Below are positions 17,380-27,096 of a DNA stretch of 64,000 nucleotides, in pieces. A model generated the notes under the pieces. It saw nothing but the letters and a program-made list of their open reading frames with translations, was not told where the DNA came from and did no database searches. Numbering within the stretch: the stretch's first letter is position 1; each line of letters opens with the position of its first letter. Source of the DNA: an uncultured Gammaproteobacteria bacterium (GTDB taxonomy: Bacteria; Patescibacteriota; Microgenomatia; Levybacterales; UBA12049). The DNA lies in contig CAYQEJ010000001.1 in NCBI GenBank assembly GCA_964416505.1, positions 146,363-210,362 of the forward strand. Direction: 5' to 3'. The position numbers and the translations under genes are program-made.

Positions 17380-18663
17380 TTACGGAATGAAGGATTTAAT
17401 TAGATCTATAAACTTTTTAGGAGCTTTTCCAAGCCTCACAGAAGGTATTCCCGGAATTTGCATTTTGAATCCAGAAGCCATAGGAGCACTATTCATCGCT
17501 CCATAAATTGAAAGACCAACTACATTTGCATAAGGAGTATCTTGAATTTCATCAATGATGCCCTTAATATTTTGAGGTTCCCCTACTCTTACCGGCATAG
17601 CCAACATTCTTTTTGCGCAATCCACTGCTCCTACTGTTCTTGCTCCACCTCCAGTTATTACTAACCCTGAAGGAGTTTGACCACCAAATCCAGATTTCTT
17701 GATCTCAAGTCCTACCATTGTAAATATTTCATTTAAACGAGGCCTAATTATTCCATCTACAAGTGTCTTTTGAGATACTTTATTTAATTGTTCAGGAAGT
17801 CCCAAAGAAGCTAAATCCACCTCATCTTGCGACTTCTTATCTTTTTCTTCTGGTTCATCATATTTAATAACTTTTTTTATTGGTTTTGATAAAAATAATT
17901 TAACCTTTTCTGCTGATTCCAGAGAAATCCTAAGCCCAATTGCTAAATCATTTGTAATATGTCTTGCTCCAATTGGGAGAACTGAAGAATAAGCAACACT
18001 TCCGTCAATATAAATTGATATATCGGTCGTTCCAGCTCCTATATCAACCAAAACAACACCAAGTTCTTTTTCTGTCTCTGATAAAACTGATAAAGAGCTA
18101 GCATAACCTGAGAAAACAAGTGATTCCACATCTACTCCTACCTGAGAAAAGGCTTTTTCAAGGTTCCTGACCGTCGGACTCCCTGCAGTTATTATATGTG
18201 TCTCGACTTCAAGTCTGGTTCCACTCATCCCTACAGGATCTTTAATTCCTTCCTGACCGTCCACGGTATAATTTCTAGGAAGAACATGAATTATCTCTTT
18301 TGTTGAGGGAAGAGAAATCGCTTTTGCCGCATCAATCACGCGCGACACATCCATGGAGTTTATTTCTCCTTCTGGTTGAGAAACTGCTACCACTCCATGG
18401 GAATTTTGGGATTCAATACTCCCTCCACCAACCGATGCGACAACTCTTGAAACAGAGACACCTGCCATTCTTTCTGCAGCTTCAATGGAAGAATTTATTG
18501 CTAAAACGGCTTCTTCTATATTTACAATCTGCCCTTTTTTTATGCCATTTGAGGGAACTTCTGAAACTCCAATTACATTTACAAATTCATCTACACGAGT
18601 AATAATTGTAATTATTTTTGAGGTACCTATATCTACACCGACGATTATTTTTCCTTCTGTCAT
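17380..18663 (-). CDS. ftsA: Cell division protein FtsA
   Basis: DIGTSKI, P.GMSG.RLE, DIGAGTT, ITNDLA.GL....AE..K and TGGGA motifs. Confidence 0.98.
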   Translation of the reverse strand: MTEGKIIVGVDIGTSKIITIITRVDEFVNVIGVSEVPSNGIKKGQIVNIEEAVLAINSSIEAAERMAGVSVSRVVASVGGGSIESQNSHGVVAVSQPEGEINSMDVSRVIDAAKAISLPSTKEIIHVLPRNYTVDGQEGIKDPVGMSGTRLEVETHIITAGSPTVRNLEKAFSQVGVDVESLVFSGYASSLSVLSETEKELGVVLVDIGAGTTDISIYIDGSVAYSSVLPIGARHITNDLAIGLRISLESAEKVKLFLSKPIKKVIKYDEPEEKDKKSQDEVDLASLGLPEQLNKVSQKTLVDGIIRPRLNEIFTMVGLEIKKSGFGGQTPSGLVITGGGARTVGAVDCAKRMLAMPVRVGEPQNIKGIIDEIQDTPYANVVGLSIYGAMNSAPMASGFKMQIPGIPSVRLGKAPKKFIDLIKSFIP

Positions 18664-18665
18664 TG

Positions 18666-19082
18666 TTAAAAAGTGATTATTGGCTTTTCGTAACTAAAAT
18701 CAAGACGCTTGAACGTCCTACCCTCTATTTTAAGCTGAGAAATGATTAATTGTAAAGAGGCTATCTGTTCTTCTAAGTTTTTTTCGGGGGTAAGAATTGC
18801 TTCTCCATTTTTATCAAATTTAATTCTATATTTAAGATCTTTTGTGGTTTCTATATCTTTATACTCTATCTTTTCCTCTTTTAAAATTTTTATAAGTTTT
18901 GAATCAGTAGATGACTGATCTTTTGAAAGCGGATTAATAAGTGGCGGGTCCTTTTCCAAAAAAACTAAATAAAAAAGCATAAAAGCTATGAGAGATAGGC
19001 CAATAAAAATTAAGCTAAGTCCGAGCTTTTTTCTTTGTATTTTTTTCTTTTCTTTTTTAGTTAAGGTTCTTTTGGGCAGCAT
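18666..19082 (-). CDS. Miniature FtsQ/DivIB-like protein
   Basis: Occupies the ftsQ position between murG and ftsA. Basic cytoplasmic N-terminus, one TM helix, and a C-terminal RLDFSYEKPIITF resembling the FtsQ xIDLRx tail. Confidence 0.6.
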   Translation of the reverse strand: MLPKRTLTKKEKKKIQRKKLGLSLIFIGLSLIAFMLFYLVFLEKDPPLINPLSKDQSSTDSKLIKILKEEKIEYKDIETTKDLKYRIKFDKNGEAILTPEKNLEEQIASLQLIISQLKIEGRTFKRLDFSYEKPIITF

Positions 19083-20160
19083 AAATTACGTCAATAATTC
19101 TTCTTGCAGCATCTTTAGGAAAATGGGATTTTTTGTGTTTTATTTTGTACTCACTAAGATTATCCATCATAAAATTAATATCTGACAAAAAAGATTCCGG
19201 AGTAAGAGAAACCTGCTCTCGCAGTTCTCCAAGACCAAGCTTTTTTAGAAGTTGCGCATTTTTAAGCTGCTCGTCTTTTTGAGAAATGGGTAAAGGAATT
19301 AAGTAAGAAGGTTTTTCTAAAACAATAAGTTCTGAAATCGTATTAACTCCAGCACGTGATACAACCATATCAGCTTTTTTCATAACTCCTCCTACCTCGT
19401 AAGGAGAAAAAAATTTGGAAATGATATATTTTCCCCTTTTTTCACTATTAAGTCCGTCTTTTAAAATCGACAACTTATCAAAATCTTTGAATTCTGAAGA
19501 GTCTCCTGTCTGATGAATAATAGTAAACTTATTTAAAAGCTCAGATAAAGTCTGGGAAATTAAATGATTTATAAAATGTGATCCCTGACTTCCTCCTGTT
19601 ATATAAATAACAGGTCCCTGGGAACTAATTTCAAACTTTTTTTTAGGATGAATAATTGTATCCCTAACTGGATTTCCGGTAAGAATAATTTTATCTTTAG
19701 GAAAATATTTTATCGATGAATCAAATGAGATACATACTTTTTTCGCAAAACGAGAGATCACTCTGTTTGCAAATCCAGCTTCCAAAGTTTGCTCATGTAT
19801 TACTACTGGAATTCTAAGGGATTTTGCAGCAAATGCGATCGGAATACTGACATATCCACCAAAACACAAAACAACATCTGGCTTAAACTTTCGAAGAATT
19901 AGATAAGCTTTACTAAACCCAATCGGAACCTTACTAATTGAAGGCAGGGTATGTCTCGTAAGACTTCTTTGAACTCTACCTGTTTTTATTTCTGCAAACT
20001 GAATATTTCTTGAAGTTATTGTTTGAAATTCTAAGGAAACTGCTTTATCTCCTTCCATGGCGTATTTTCTTCCGATATAAAGAATTTCATCTTTATCTTG
20101 AATTTCTTCGATTACAGAAAGAGCAGGAGTCAAATGTCCACCGGCAATTGCAATTTTCAT
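19057..20160 (-). CDS. murG: Undecaprenyl-PP-MurNAc-pentapeptide GlcNAc transferase MurG
   Basis: GGH, FGGYVS, IHEQ, TGNPVR, TGGSQG, SRAG..T..E and EQ..NA motifs. Confidence 0.96.
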   Translation of the reverse strand: MKIAIAGGHLTPALSVIEEIQDKDEILYIGRKYAMEGDKAVSLEFQTITSRNIQFAEIKTGRVQRSLTRHTLPSISKVPIGFSKAYLILRKFKPDVVLCFGGYVSIPIAFAAKSLRIPVVIHEQTLEAGFANRVISRFAKKVCISFDSSIKYFPKDKIILTGNPVRDTIIHPKKKFEISSQGPVIYITGGSQGSHFINHLISQTLSELLNKFTIIHQTGDSSEFKDFDKLSILKDGLNSEKRGKYIISKFFSPYEVGGVMKKADMVVSRAGVNTISELIVLEKPSYLIPLPISQKDEQLKNAQLLKKLGLGELREQVSLTPESFLSDINFMMDNLSEYKIKHKKSHFPKDAARRIIDVIYAAQKNLN

Positions 20161-20161
20161 A

Positions 20162-21301
20162 TTATTTTCTTTTTCTTAGTATTGATTTTATCAAACTCGG
20201 CGAGTCATTAGTTGCGCTTTGTCGCGAGATATTAAGTAAAATTCCTATTGAAATAAGATTCATCGTCAGCGCTGACCCTCCATAAGAAATAAATGGAAGC
20301 GGGACCCCAGTTAATGGTAGCAATGCTGTCTGCGCACCTAAGTTAACTATTGTCTGAAGTGCAATAAAAGAAGTAATTCCACCTGCCAAGAGTTTTCCAA
20401 AAGTATCCTTCGCGTTAACTGAGATAAAAAATCCTCTGTAAACTACAAAGAACATCAAGGCAATAAAAATTATTACACCTAAAAACCCTATTTCCTCAGC
20501 AATAATTGCAAAAATAGAATCAGTAGTTGCCTCAGGAAGATAAGCAAATTTTTGAAGAGAATTTCCAATACCTACTCCTACTAACCCACCTGATCCCAAA
20601 GCAATTAAAATTTGACGAACATGATATGACGATGCAGACAGATCATGCTCTGGATTTAAAAATGTCGTTAATCTCGCAGCTCTATAAGGCTCTAGTAAAA
20701 TAAGAGCCAATCCTCCAAGCCCTACTACCGGTATGAGAGAAAAAATATGCAAAATACTTCCACCTGACAAATAATATAAAATCATGGATTCCCCGAGGAT
20801 AATTATCGCAGTTCCCATATCAGGCTGAAGCATAACCAAAAAAATTACAAAACCAATAAGAAGTAAAAAAGCCATAAATCTTCCTCTTTCTTTTGCGCTA
20901 AACCAGGCTGATAAATAGATTGTTAAAGCCAGCTTAATAATTTCTGAGGGTTGGAGAACAAAAAAACCTAAGTTAATCCAACGCTTTGCACCAAGCGCTG
21001 AAATACCAAGACCCGGAACAAAAACCAGAAACAGAAGAAAAATCGATCCAAGCAAAAGAGGAAGTGCTAAATTATAATATTTTTTATAATCAATAAAAGA
21101 AACGATAGTTAAAAAAGTGAATCCAATTACGCTCCACATCATTTGATCCTTGATGTATCTATATTTATCTCCAAAATCCCTGAACGCCACATAACTTGAA
21201 GCATCATAGATCATAAAAAGACCAAAAAAGGTTAATATTACTACTGAAGTTAAAAGTGCTATATCAGCGCGTTTTATAGATACCTTTTTTACACGAAGCA
21301 T
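20162..21301 (-). CDS. ftsW: SEDS peptidoglycan polymerase FtsW (start probably ATG 21301)
   Basis: GAKRWI, QPSE..K, QPDMGT, YLPEA.TDSIFAIIAEEIG and TGVPLPFISYGGS motifs. TATACT (21308-21313) is 6 nt before the second Met. Confidence 0.96.
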   Translation of the reverse strand: MLRVKKVSIKRADIALLTSVVILTFFGLFMIYDASSYVAFRDFGDKYRYIKDQMMWSVIGFTFLTIVSFIDYKKYYNLALPLLLGSIFLLFLVFVPGLGISALGAKRWINLGFFVLQPSEIIKLALTIYLSAWFSAKERGRFMAFLLLIGFVIFLVMLQPDMGTAIIILGESMILYYLSGGSILHIFSLIPVVGLGGLALILLEPYRAARLTTFLNPEHDLSASSYHVRQILIALGSGGLVGVGIGNSLQKFAYLPEATTDSIFAIIAEEIGFLGVIIFIALMFFVVYRGFFISVNAKDTFGKLLAGGITSFIALQTIVNLGAQTALLPLTGVPLPFISYGGSALTMNLISIGILLNISRQSATNDSPSLIKSILRKRK

Positions 21302-21340
21302 ATTCATAGTATAGATAAAAAAGGAAAAAGCAGAAAGAGT

Positions 21341-22363
21341 TTATTTAGAAATTACTGCAATAAATAATCCGACGATTGCAAAAAAGAATCCCAAAAGCCA
21401 TGCTCGCATTACAATTTTTGGCTCTTCCCATCCCCTCTTCAACAAAAGCAAATGAAATGGAGCCACAGGGAATGCTTTTTTTCCTAAATATTTTTTACTT
21501 AAAATTTGAATCAATGATGAACCAATTTCTATTACAAAAACTCCTCCAATTACAGCTAAAGCGATAATCTTATTATTCAAAAGCCCAATTACAGCTAGGA
21601 TTGCACCCAATGACATTGAGCCAACATCACCTAACCAAATTCTGGCCTTATAAATATTAAAATACAAAAATGCTGAAACACTACCTATTAAAATAGCTAT
21701 AAAAATTGCCAGAGTAGAATCAAGACCAGTCGATGAGATTGCAAGAAAAGCACCTAAGCAAATCAATAGAAGTCCCGAGGAAAGACCATCCAAACCGTCA
21801 GCAATATTAAATGCATTTACAAAGGATACAATTGCAAACATTGCAAGAAAAATATACACAAAACCTAAATCTATTAATCCAATTCCTGTAATAAAGATTG
21901 TGGAATATCCAAGAGGAAAATATAAAACTAGAGCAATCACTAAAGCAATTATCCACTGAAGTATAAATTTATGTCTAAAGCGTAAACCAAAAAATGCTAC
22001 ACGCGTAGGGTTTGAGATTAATTTTTTGAGGTCATCATATAAACCTAATAACCCAAATGCGATAAAAGAGAAAAGAAGTGCAAAAATTTCCCAGGGTTTA
22101 ATTTCAACATTAAAAATTCCATAACTCCAAAGCGAAAGAACGGTAACTACAATTATAATAAGCGCTCCTCCTCCAAAAGGAGTTCCGACTTTCCAATTAT
22201 TTGATTTGTCAAAAAAAGGAGTTGGCTTGTTGAAAAGATCAACTGTTTTTTGACTCTGACGTCTAAGTTTCTTTTTGTATAAAAAATCTATAAATGGGAC
22301 TATTGAAAGACCAGTAGCCACCATGGACAGGATTGTTAAACCCAAGAGTTTTGCAAAATCCAT
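21341..22363 (-). CDS. mraY: Phospho-MurNAc-pentapeptide transferase MraY
   Basis: GTP.GGG, GLYDD, NAFN..DGLDGL, LGDVGS, APFH and GW.E..IV motifs. Confidence 0.95.
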   Translation of the reverse strand: MDFAKLLGLTILSMVATGLSIVPFIDFLYKKKLRRQSQKTVDLFNKPTPFFDKSNNWKVGTPFGGGALIIIVVTVLSLWSYGIFNVEIKPWEIFALLFSFIAFGLLGLYDDLKKLISNPTRVAFFGLRFRHKFILQWIIALVIALVLYFPLGYSTIFITGIGLIDLGFVYIFLAMFAIVSFVNAFNIADGLDGLSSGLLLICLGAFLAISSTGLDSTLAIFIAILIGSVSAFLYFNIYKARIWLGDVGSMSLGAILAVIGLLNNKIIALAVIGGVFVIEIGSSLIQILSKKYLGKKAFPVAPFHLLLLKRGWEEPKIVMRAWLLGFFFAIVGLFIAVISK

Positions 22364-22410
22364 ATGCTAATTATAGCTTAGATGGTTTCTTTAATCAAAA
22401 TTCTACGTAG

Positions 22411-23151
22411 CTAATAAGAGGTTTTTAAATAAAGTTTTTCTGCTTCTTGTAATTCTTCTCTTGTATTTACCCCACGCCAGGTCATTTTTCCACCTTTTAC
22501 TGCTTCAATTTTTTCATTATTTTTCAAGGCGATCTCAATTAGGTCTACGAGATAATATTCACCTGAAATTTCATTCTTTTTAACTTTCGAAAGATATTTT
22601 TTTAAAAAATTAATAGAAAAAACATAACATGCAGGATTAATTTCATTTATATTTTTCTCTTCATGGGTTGCATTTTTTTCTTCGACAATTCTTTCAACCA
22701 ATCCATCTTTATTTCTTATAACTCTCCCAAGACCTGTTGGATTATCCATTTCAACAGTCAGGAAAGTGAGAGCATTATGATTAGTCAAGTGAGTTTTTGT
22801 TAACAATTCAAATAATTCTTTTTTGTAAAACGCTGAATCATCACCCTGAATAACAATAACGTTTTCAATTCCTGATGGGATCTGTTTTATTGCTACTTTT
22901 ACGGCATGAGCAGTACCAAGCCTTTTTTCTTGCTCAGCAAAAATTACGTTTTCTTTAACTAAATTTTTTACAGAGTCTTTCGCAAAACCTACTACAATTA
23001 CAATTGGGTCTACATTTAAATTTTTTAAATGATCTAAAGCATAAAGAACCATTGGTTTTCCCGCGAGCATCACGGTTACCTTATTGGAATCTTTAGATTT
23101 CATGCGGGTACCTTTTCCAGCAGCAAGAATTACACCAGCTAAATTACTCAT
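22411..23151 (-). CDS. glmU: GlmU-like N-acetylglucosamine-1-phosphate uridyltransferase (N-terminal domain only)
   Basis: ILAAGKGTRMKS, Q...LGTAHAV, G.GRV.R, IVEEK.A, EIN, EYYL.D and GVN motifs; ends before any hexapeptide beta-helix. Confidence 0.85.
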   Translation of the reverse strand: MSNLAGVILAAGKGTRMKSKDSNKVTVMLAGKPMVLYALDHLKNLNVDPIVIVVGFAKDSVKNLVKENVIFAEQEKRLGTAHAVKVAIKQIPSGIENVIVIQGDDSAFYKKELFELLTKTHLTNHNALTFLTVEMDNPTGLGRVIRNKDGLVERIVEEKNATHEEKNINEINPACYVFSINFLKKYLSKVKKNEISGEYYLVDLIEIALKNNEKIEAVKGGKMTWRGVNTREELQEAEKLYLKTSY

Positions 23152-24475
23152 CTGTTTCTCTAATTATTTTTGCTCCAAGCTTACTTAGTCTTTCTTCAAA
23201 TTTCTCATATCCCCTGTCAAGATGATGTACTTCAAGTATTACACTTTCCCCCTGCGCAGCTAATGCAGCAAGAACCAATGTGGCACCGGCTCTCAAATCT
23301 GAAATAGTAACAATTGCATTGTGAAGCGGAGTTGGTCCTTTAATTCTCGCAGCATGTTTATTCGAAGATAGATCATCTTCAATATTAAAGTTATAAAACT
23401 CTTCCGGGTTTTTTACATCTGGATTAAAAAGCTCTATTTGCGCTCCCATTTTCTGAAGTTCTTTTACATAACCGAATCTACTTTCATAAACTCTTTCATG
23501 AATAATTGATTCCCCTTCTGCCTGCGTCATTAAGATTGCCCATGGGGCTTGCCAGTCTGTCATGAATCCGGGATAAATTGATGTTTCTATATTTGTAGCT
23601 GTAATAGCACCTTTGTAATAAAATCGGATTCCACTTGCCTTTATTTCTACTCCTCCCCCAATTTCTTCAAGCTTTTCGATAAATTCCCTTAATCCAGTTT
23701 CAGAAATATTTTCTACAAAGATATCTCCTTTTGTAACAAGCGCAGCAATTGCCAGAGTAACTACTTCATTTCGATCTGCACCAATTGTAAAATTCGCACT
23801 ATTAAGTTTTTCAACTCCATCTATTTCAATTGTTCTCGGGTCAGTTTTTTTTATTTTCGCTCCCATACTATTCAAAAAAACAATCAACTCATCAATCTCA
23901 GGTTCTTCTGCAGAATTCCTAAGTATTGTTTTTCCTTTAGCAAGAACGGCCGCCATAATCAATGTCTCTGTTCCCGTATGCGTGCTTTTCTTGAATGTAT
24001 AATCTGTTCCCGATAATCCATTTGGAGCTTTCATATAAAAGTATCCGTCTGAGCTTCTATATTCAACTTCTACACCCATCTGCTTTAATCCTTCAATAGT
24101 TCTATCAATCGGCCTTGCTCCGATTCTGCATCCACCCGGATTAGGAATAATAGCTTCCCTGGTCCTTGCTAAGAGTGGTGACATAAAAAGAGCAGACGTT
24201 CTAACTTCTGCAGCGCTATCAAGAGAAATTTTACTTGTATTAAAATTTGGGATATTAACGATAAGCCTATGATCTTCTTTTTTAACAACCCCACCCAGTT
24301 CTTCAATAATATCTATCATTGTAAAAAGATCAGAAATCAGTGGAATATTTTCGATGACCACTTCCCCCTCTGTTAAGCATGCTGCCACTAAAGCTTTTAA
24401 TGCGACATTTTTTGCACCACTAACTTTAGTAGATCCGATTAATTTCTCTCCACCATTTACAATAAATTTATCCAT
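23144..24475 (-). CDS. murA: UDP-GlcNAc 1-carboxyvinyltransferase MurA
   Basis: SGAKN, PGGCRIGARP (catalytic Cys), EPEI, YPGFMTD.Q, DLRAGA and DRGY motifs. Confidence 0.97.
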   Translation of the reverse strand: MDKFIVNGGEKLIGSTKVSGAKNVALKALVAACLTEGEVVIENIPLISDLFTMIDIIEELGGVVKKEDHRLIVNIPNFNTSKISLDSAAEVRTSALFMSPLLARTREAIIPNPGGCRIGARPIDRTIEGLKQMGVEVEYRSSDGYFYMKAPNGLSGTDYTFKKSTHTGTETLIMAAVLAKGKTILRNSAEEPEIDELIVFLNSMGAKIKKTDPRTIEIDGVEKLNSANFTIGADRNEVVTLAIAALVTKGDIFVENISETGLREFIEKLEEIGGGVEIKASGIRFYYKGAITATNIETSIYPGFMTDWQAPWAILMTQAEGESIIHERVYESRFGYVKELQKMGAQIELFNPDVKNPEEFYNFNIEDDLSSNKHAARIKGPTPLHNAIVTISDLRAGATLVLAALAAQGESVILEVHHLDRGYEKFEERLSKLGAKIIRETDE

Positions 24476-25895
24476 TTTTTATTAACTGCTTCCCAACAGT
24501 GTAAATATCTCCTGCTCCCATTGTAATTATAATTGTATTTCTATCAAAATGTTTGGAAGATAAGTATTCTACCACATCCGATAGATTTGAGAAAAAAGCT
24601 GAAGACTTTCCAATTTTTTCTAATTCGTCAGTAATTAATTTTGAAGAAAAATTTTCATCCCTCTTCTCACGGAAAGATGGAAATATTTCGGCAATTAAAA
24701 CTTCATCTGCATCACTAAAAGAATTAACAAAATCATTAAATAAAATTTTTGTTCTAGAATACATATGGGGTTGAAAAACTGGAATTATTTTATATTTAGG
24801 AAAACTTTTACGAAATGCTGCAAGTGTATTTTTTATTTCAGCTGGATGATGTGCATAATCGTCATACAAAAGTCCTCCATCTTTCAAATTTCCAATGAAC
24901 TCAGATCTTCTTTTAGTACCTTTAAAAGTTGATAAACTTTTTTTTATAACTTCTATTGATAGACCTGCTTCTATGCCACAAATTATTGCTGCCAATGCAT
25001 CAATTGCATTTTGTTCTCCGAAAACATTAATTGAAAACTGTCCAAGCAAAGTCCCCTTCGATTTCACCCAAAAAAACATTTTGTCCTGAGAAAAATTTGT
25101 CCTATCGATAACATAATCGTTATCTGGAGAAAATCCATAAGTTATTTTTCTTTTATTTACTCTTTTTAGAAAATCTCTATTTTCCATACCATCTCCACAG
25201 GCGATCATTACTCCGTTTTCTTCAATTTTTTCTGAAAAATCTATAAATACTTTTTTTATTTCTTCAAGCGAAGAATAAATATCGGGATGATCAAAATCTA
25301 TATTGGTTACAACTAGAATTTGAGGATTTTGATACAAAAATTTTGGGACTCTGTCACTCACAATATCTGCATAATATTCATCTGATTCCGTAATAAAATA
25401 TTTTCCTTTTCCAAAATGTCCCGATGAAGAAAGAGTAGGAATTTCAGAAGTTCCAATTACATATGATGGCTTAAGCTTTGAGTTTTCAAAAACGGTTGCT
25501 ATCATGGCAGTAGTTGTGGTTTTTCCATGAGAACCAGCAACGCAAATTCCAGAAAACTTTTTACCAAATATTTCTCCTTTCTGAAAAACTCCCAATGCTT
25601 GTCCCTGATTCAAGACTGGAATTCCAAGTTTATTTGCTTTTTTTACTTCAATATTTTCACTTCCTCCGTGCGCCCCTGTAGCAATTACCAAATCAACATT
25701 TTCAACATTTTTTTCTGAAAAAGAAAAAATGTCATTTATTCCCGCTTTTTCAAGCTCTTTGTCAGTTATAAATTCCTGAGCAACATCGGATCCCGTTACG
25801 CTAAATCCAGCTTCTTTGGCAATAATTGCTAACGGAGTCATACCCACGCCCTTTATCCCAGTGAAATGTATTTTTTTTATTTTCTTATAATTCAT
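24468..25895 (-). CDS. murC: UDP-MurNAc--L-alanine ligase MurC
   Basis: GIKGVGM, V.GSD, GSHGKTTT, E.DE, TNIDFDH.D, DDYAHHP.E, FQPH.YSR and MGAGD motifs. Confidence 0.96.
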   Translation of the reverse strand: MNYKKIKKIHFTGIKGVGMTPLAIIAKEAGFSVTGSDVAQEFITDKELEKAGINDIFSFSEKNVENVDLVIATGAHGGSENIEVKKANKLGIPVLNQGQALGVFQKGEIFGKKFSGICVAGSHGKTTTTAMIATVFENSKLKPSYVIGTSEIPTLSSSGHFGKGKYFITESDEYYADIVSDRVPKFLYQNPQILVVTNIDFDHPDIYSSLEEIKKVFIDFSEKIEENGVMIACGDGMENRDFLKRVNKRKITYGFSPDNDYVIDRTNFSQDKMFFWVKSKGTLLGQFSINVFGEQNAIDALAAIICGIEAGLSIEVIKKSLSTFKGTKRRSEFIGNLKDGGLLYDDYAHHPAEIKNTLAAFRKSFPKYKIIPVFQPHMYSRTKILFNDFVNSFSDADEVLIAEIFPSFREKRDENFSSKLITDELEKIGKSSAFFSNLSDVVEYLSSKHFDRNTIIITMGAGDIYTVGKQLIKNG

Positions 25896-27079
25896 TTTCT
25901 TGTTTTAATTGCATTCTCTACGACCTTATACTCATCCCACTCTCTTTCCTCTGATCCATAAGTCATAGATTTTTCATGGGCTTTTCCGGTAATAACTACA
26001 AGATCTCCTTTTGCAGCCATCTCGATTGCTGCATTTATAGCATCTCTCCTATCTGGAAGCTTAAATACCTTTGCATCTTTCTTTTCAATTCCACTGGCAA
26101 TTTCATCTATTATTTTAAGAGCACTTTCACTTCTTGGATCTTCAGCAGTTATAACTAAGATATCTGCATATTTGGATGAAATTTCCCCCATAAAAGGCCT
26201 CTTGGCATGATCACGTTCTCCAGCAGATCCGAATACATGAATAATTTTCCCTTTTGTTTGCTCACGAAGTGAACTTAACAATTTTTCAAATGCATTTGGA
26301 GTATGAGCAAAATCTATCACAACTGCATATTCCTCATCGTAAACAAAATCCAATCTACCCCTAGGCAACTTGAATGTTTTTATAGCTTTATTTATATTTT
26401 CATCAGAAATACCCAGAGACTTACTAACTGTTACTGCAGCAAGAGCATTGTATTTATTAAACTCTCCTATTAAAACTTTTGAATCCAGATTAAAATTTTT
26501 TAAATTTATTTCTGCACTTTCATTAAATCCATAAGTAACCCAGTTAGAATTTGATTTTAAGTTTTTCGATTCAGATAATAATGTATAAGATGCATCGTCT
26601 TTATTTACAACTGCGATTTTTGCCATCTTAAGAAGTTTTTCTTTTGTTTTAAGATAATTGTCGTATGTTTTGTGATAATCTAAATGCTCACTAGTAATAT
26701 TCGTTAGGACTCCAATTTCGTAATTTACTCCCCATGTTCTATATTGATCTAATGCATGGGATGTTACTTCTAATACAAAAAACTTTGATCCTCCCTTCAA
26801 AGCTTTTCGCAATAATCCTTGAAGCATAAAAGGGCTTGGTGTTGTTACATGAAATCCTGTTTCATATTCTTTTTTACCTACATATGCTCCGATACTCGTA
26901 AGCATTGAGACAGGAAAGTTATTTTCTTTAAGAATATGATAAATAAGATTAACCGTTGTAGTCTTTCCATCAGTTCCAGTCACCCCAATAACTGTAAGTT
27001 TTTTGCCTGGAAAAAGAAAAAATAAATTAGCAAAGATGGCTACACACAAATGGTAATAATTTTTTATTTTTCTCAACAT
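25892..27079 (-). CDS. murE: UDP-MurNAc-dipeptide--diamino acid ligase MurE (lacks the N-terminal domain)
   Basis: GVTGTDGKTTT, EVTSH.L.Q.R, TN...EHLDYH, DFAHTP, G.RD..KR..MG, EDPR.E and GK.HE motifs. Confidence 0.93.
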   Translation of the reverse strand: MLRKIKNYYHLCVAIFANLFFLFPGKKLTVIGVTGTDGKTTTVNLIYHILKENNFPVSMLTSIGAYVGKKEYETGFHVTTPSPFMLQGLLRKALKGGSKFFVLEVTSHALDQYRTWGVNYEIGVLTNITSEHLDYHKTYDNYLKTKEKLLKMAKIAVVNKDDASYTLLSESKNLKSNSNWVTYGFNESAEINLKNFNLDSKVLIGEFNKYNALAAVTVSKSLGISDENINKAIKTFKLPRGRLDFVYDEEYAVVIDFAHTPNAFEKLLSSLREQTKGKIIHVFGSAGERDHAKRPFMGEISSKYADILVITAEDPRSESALKIIDEIASGIEKKDAKVFKLPDRRDAINAAIEMAAKGDLVVITGKAHEKSMTYGSEEREWDEYKVVENAIKTRK

Positions 27080-27096
27080 ATTTTAATTGTACTCCT

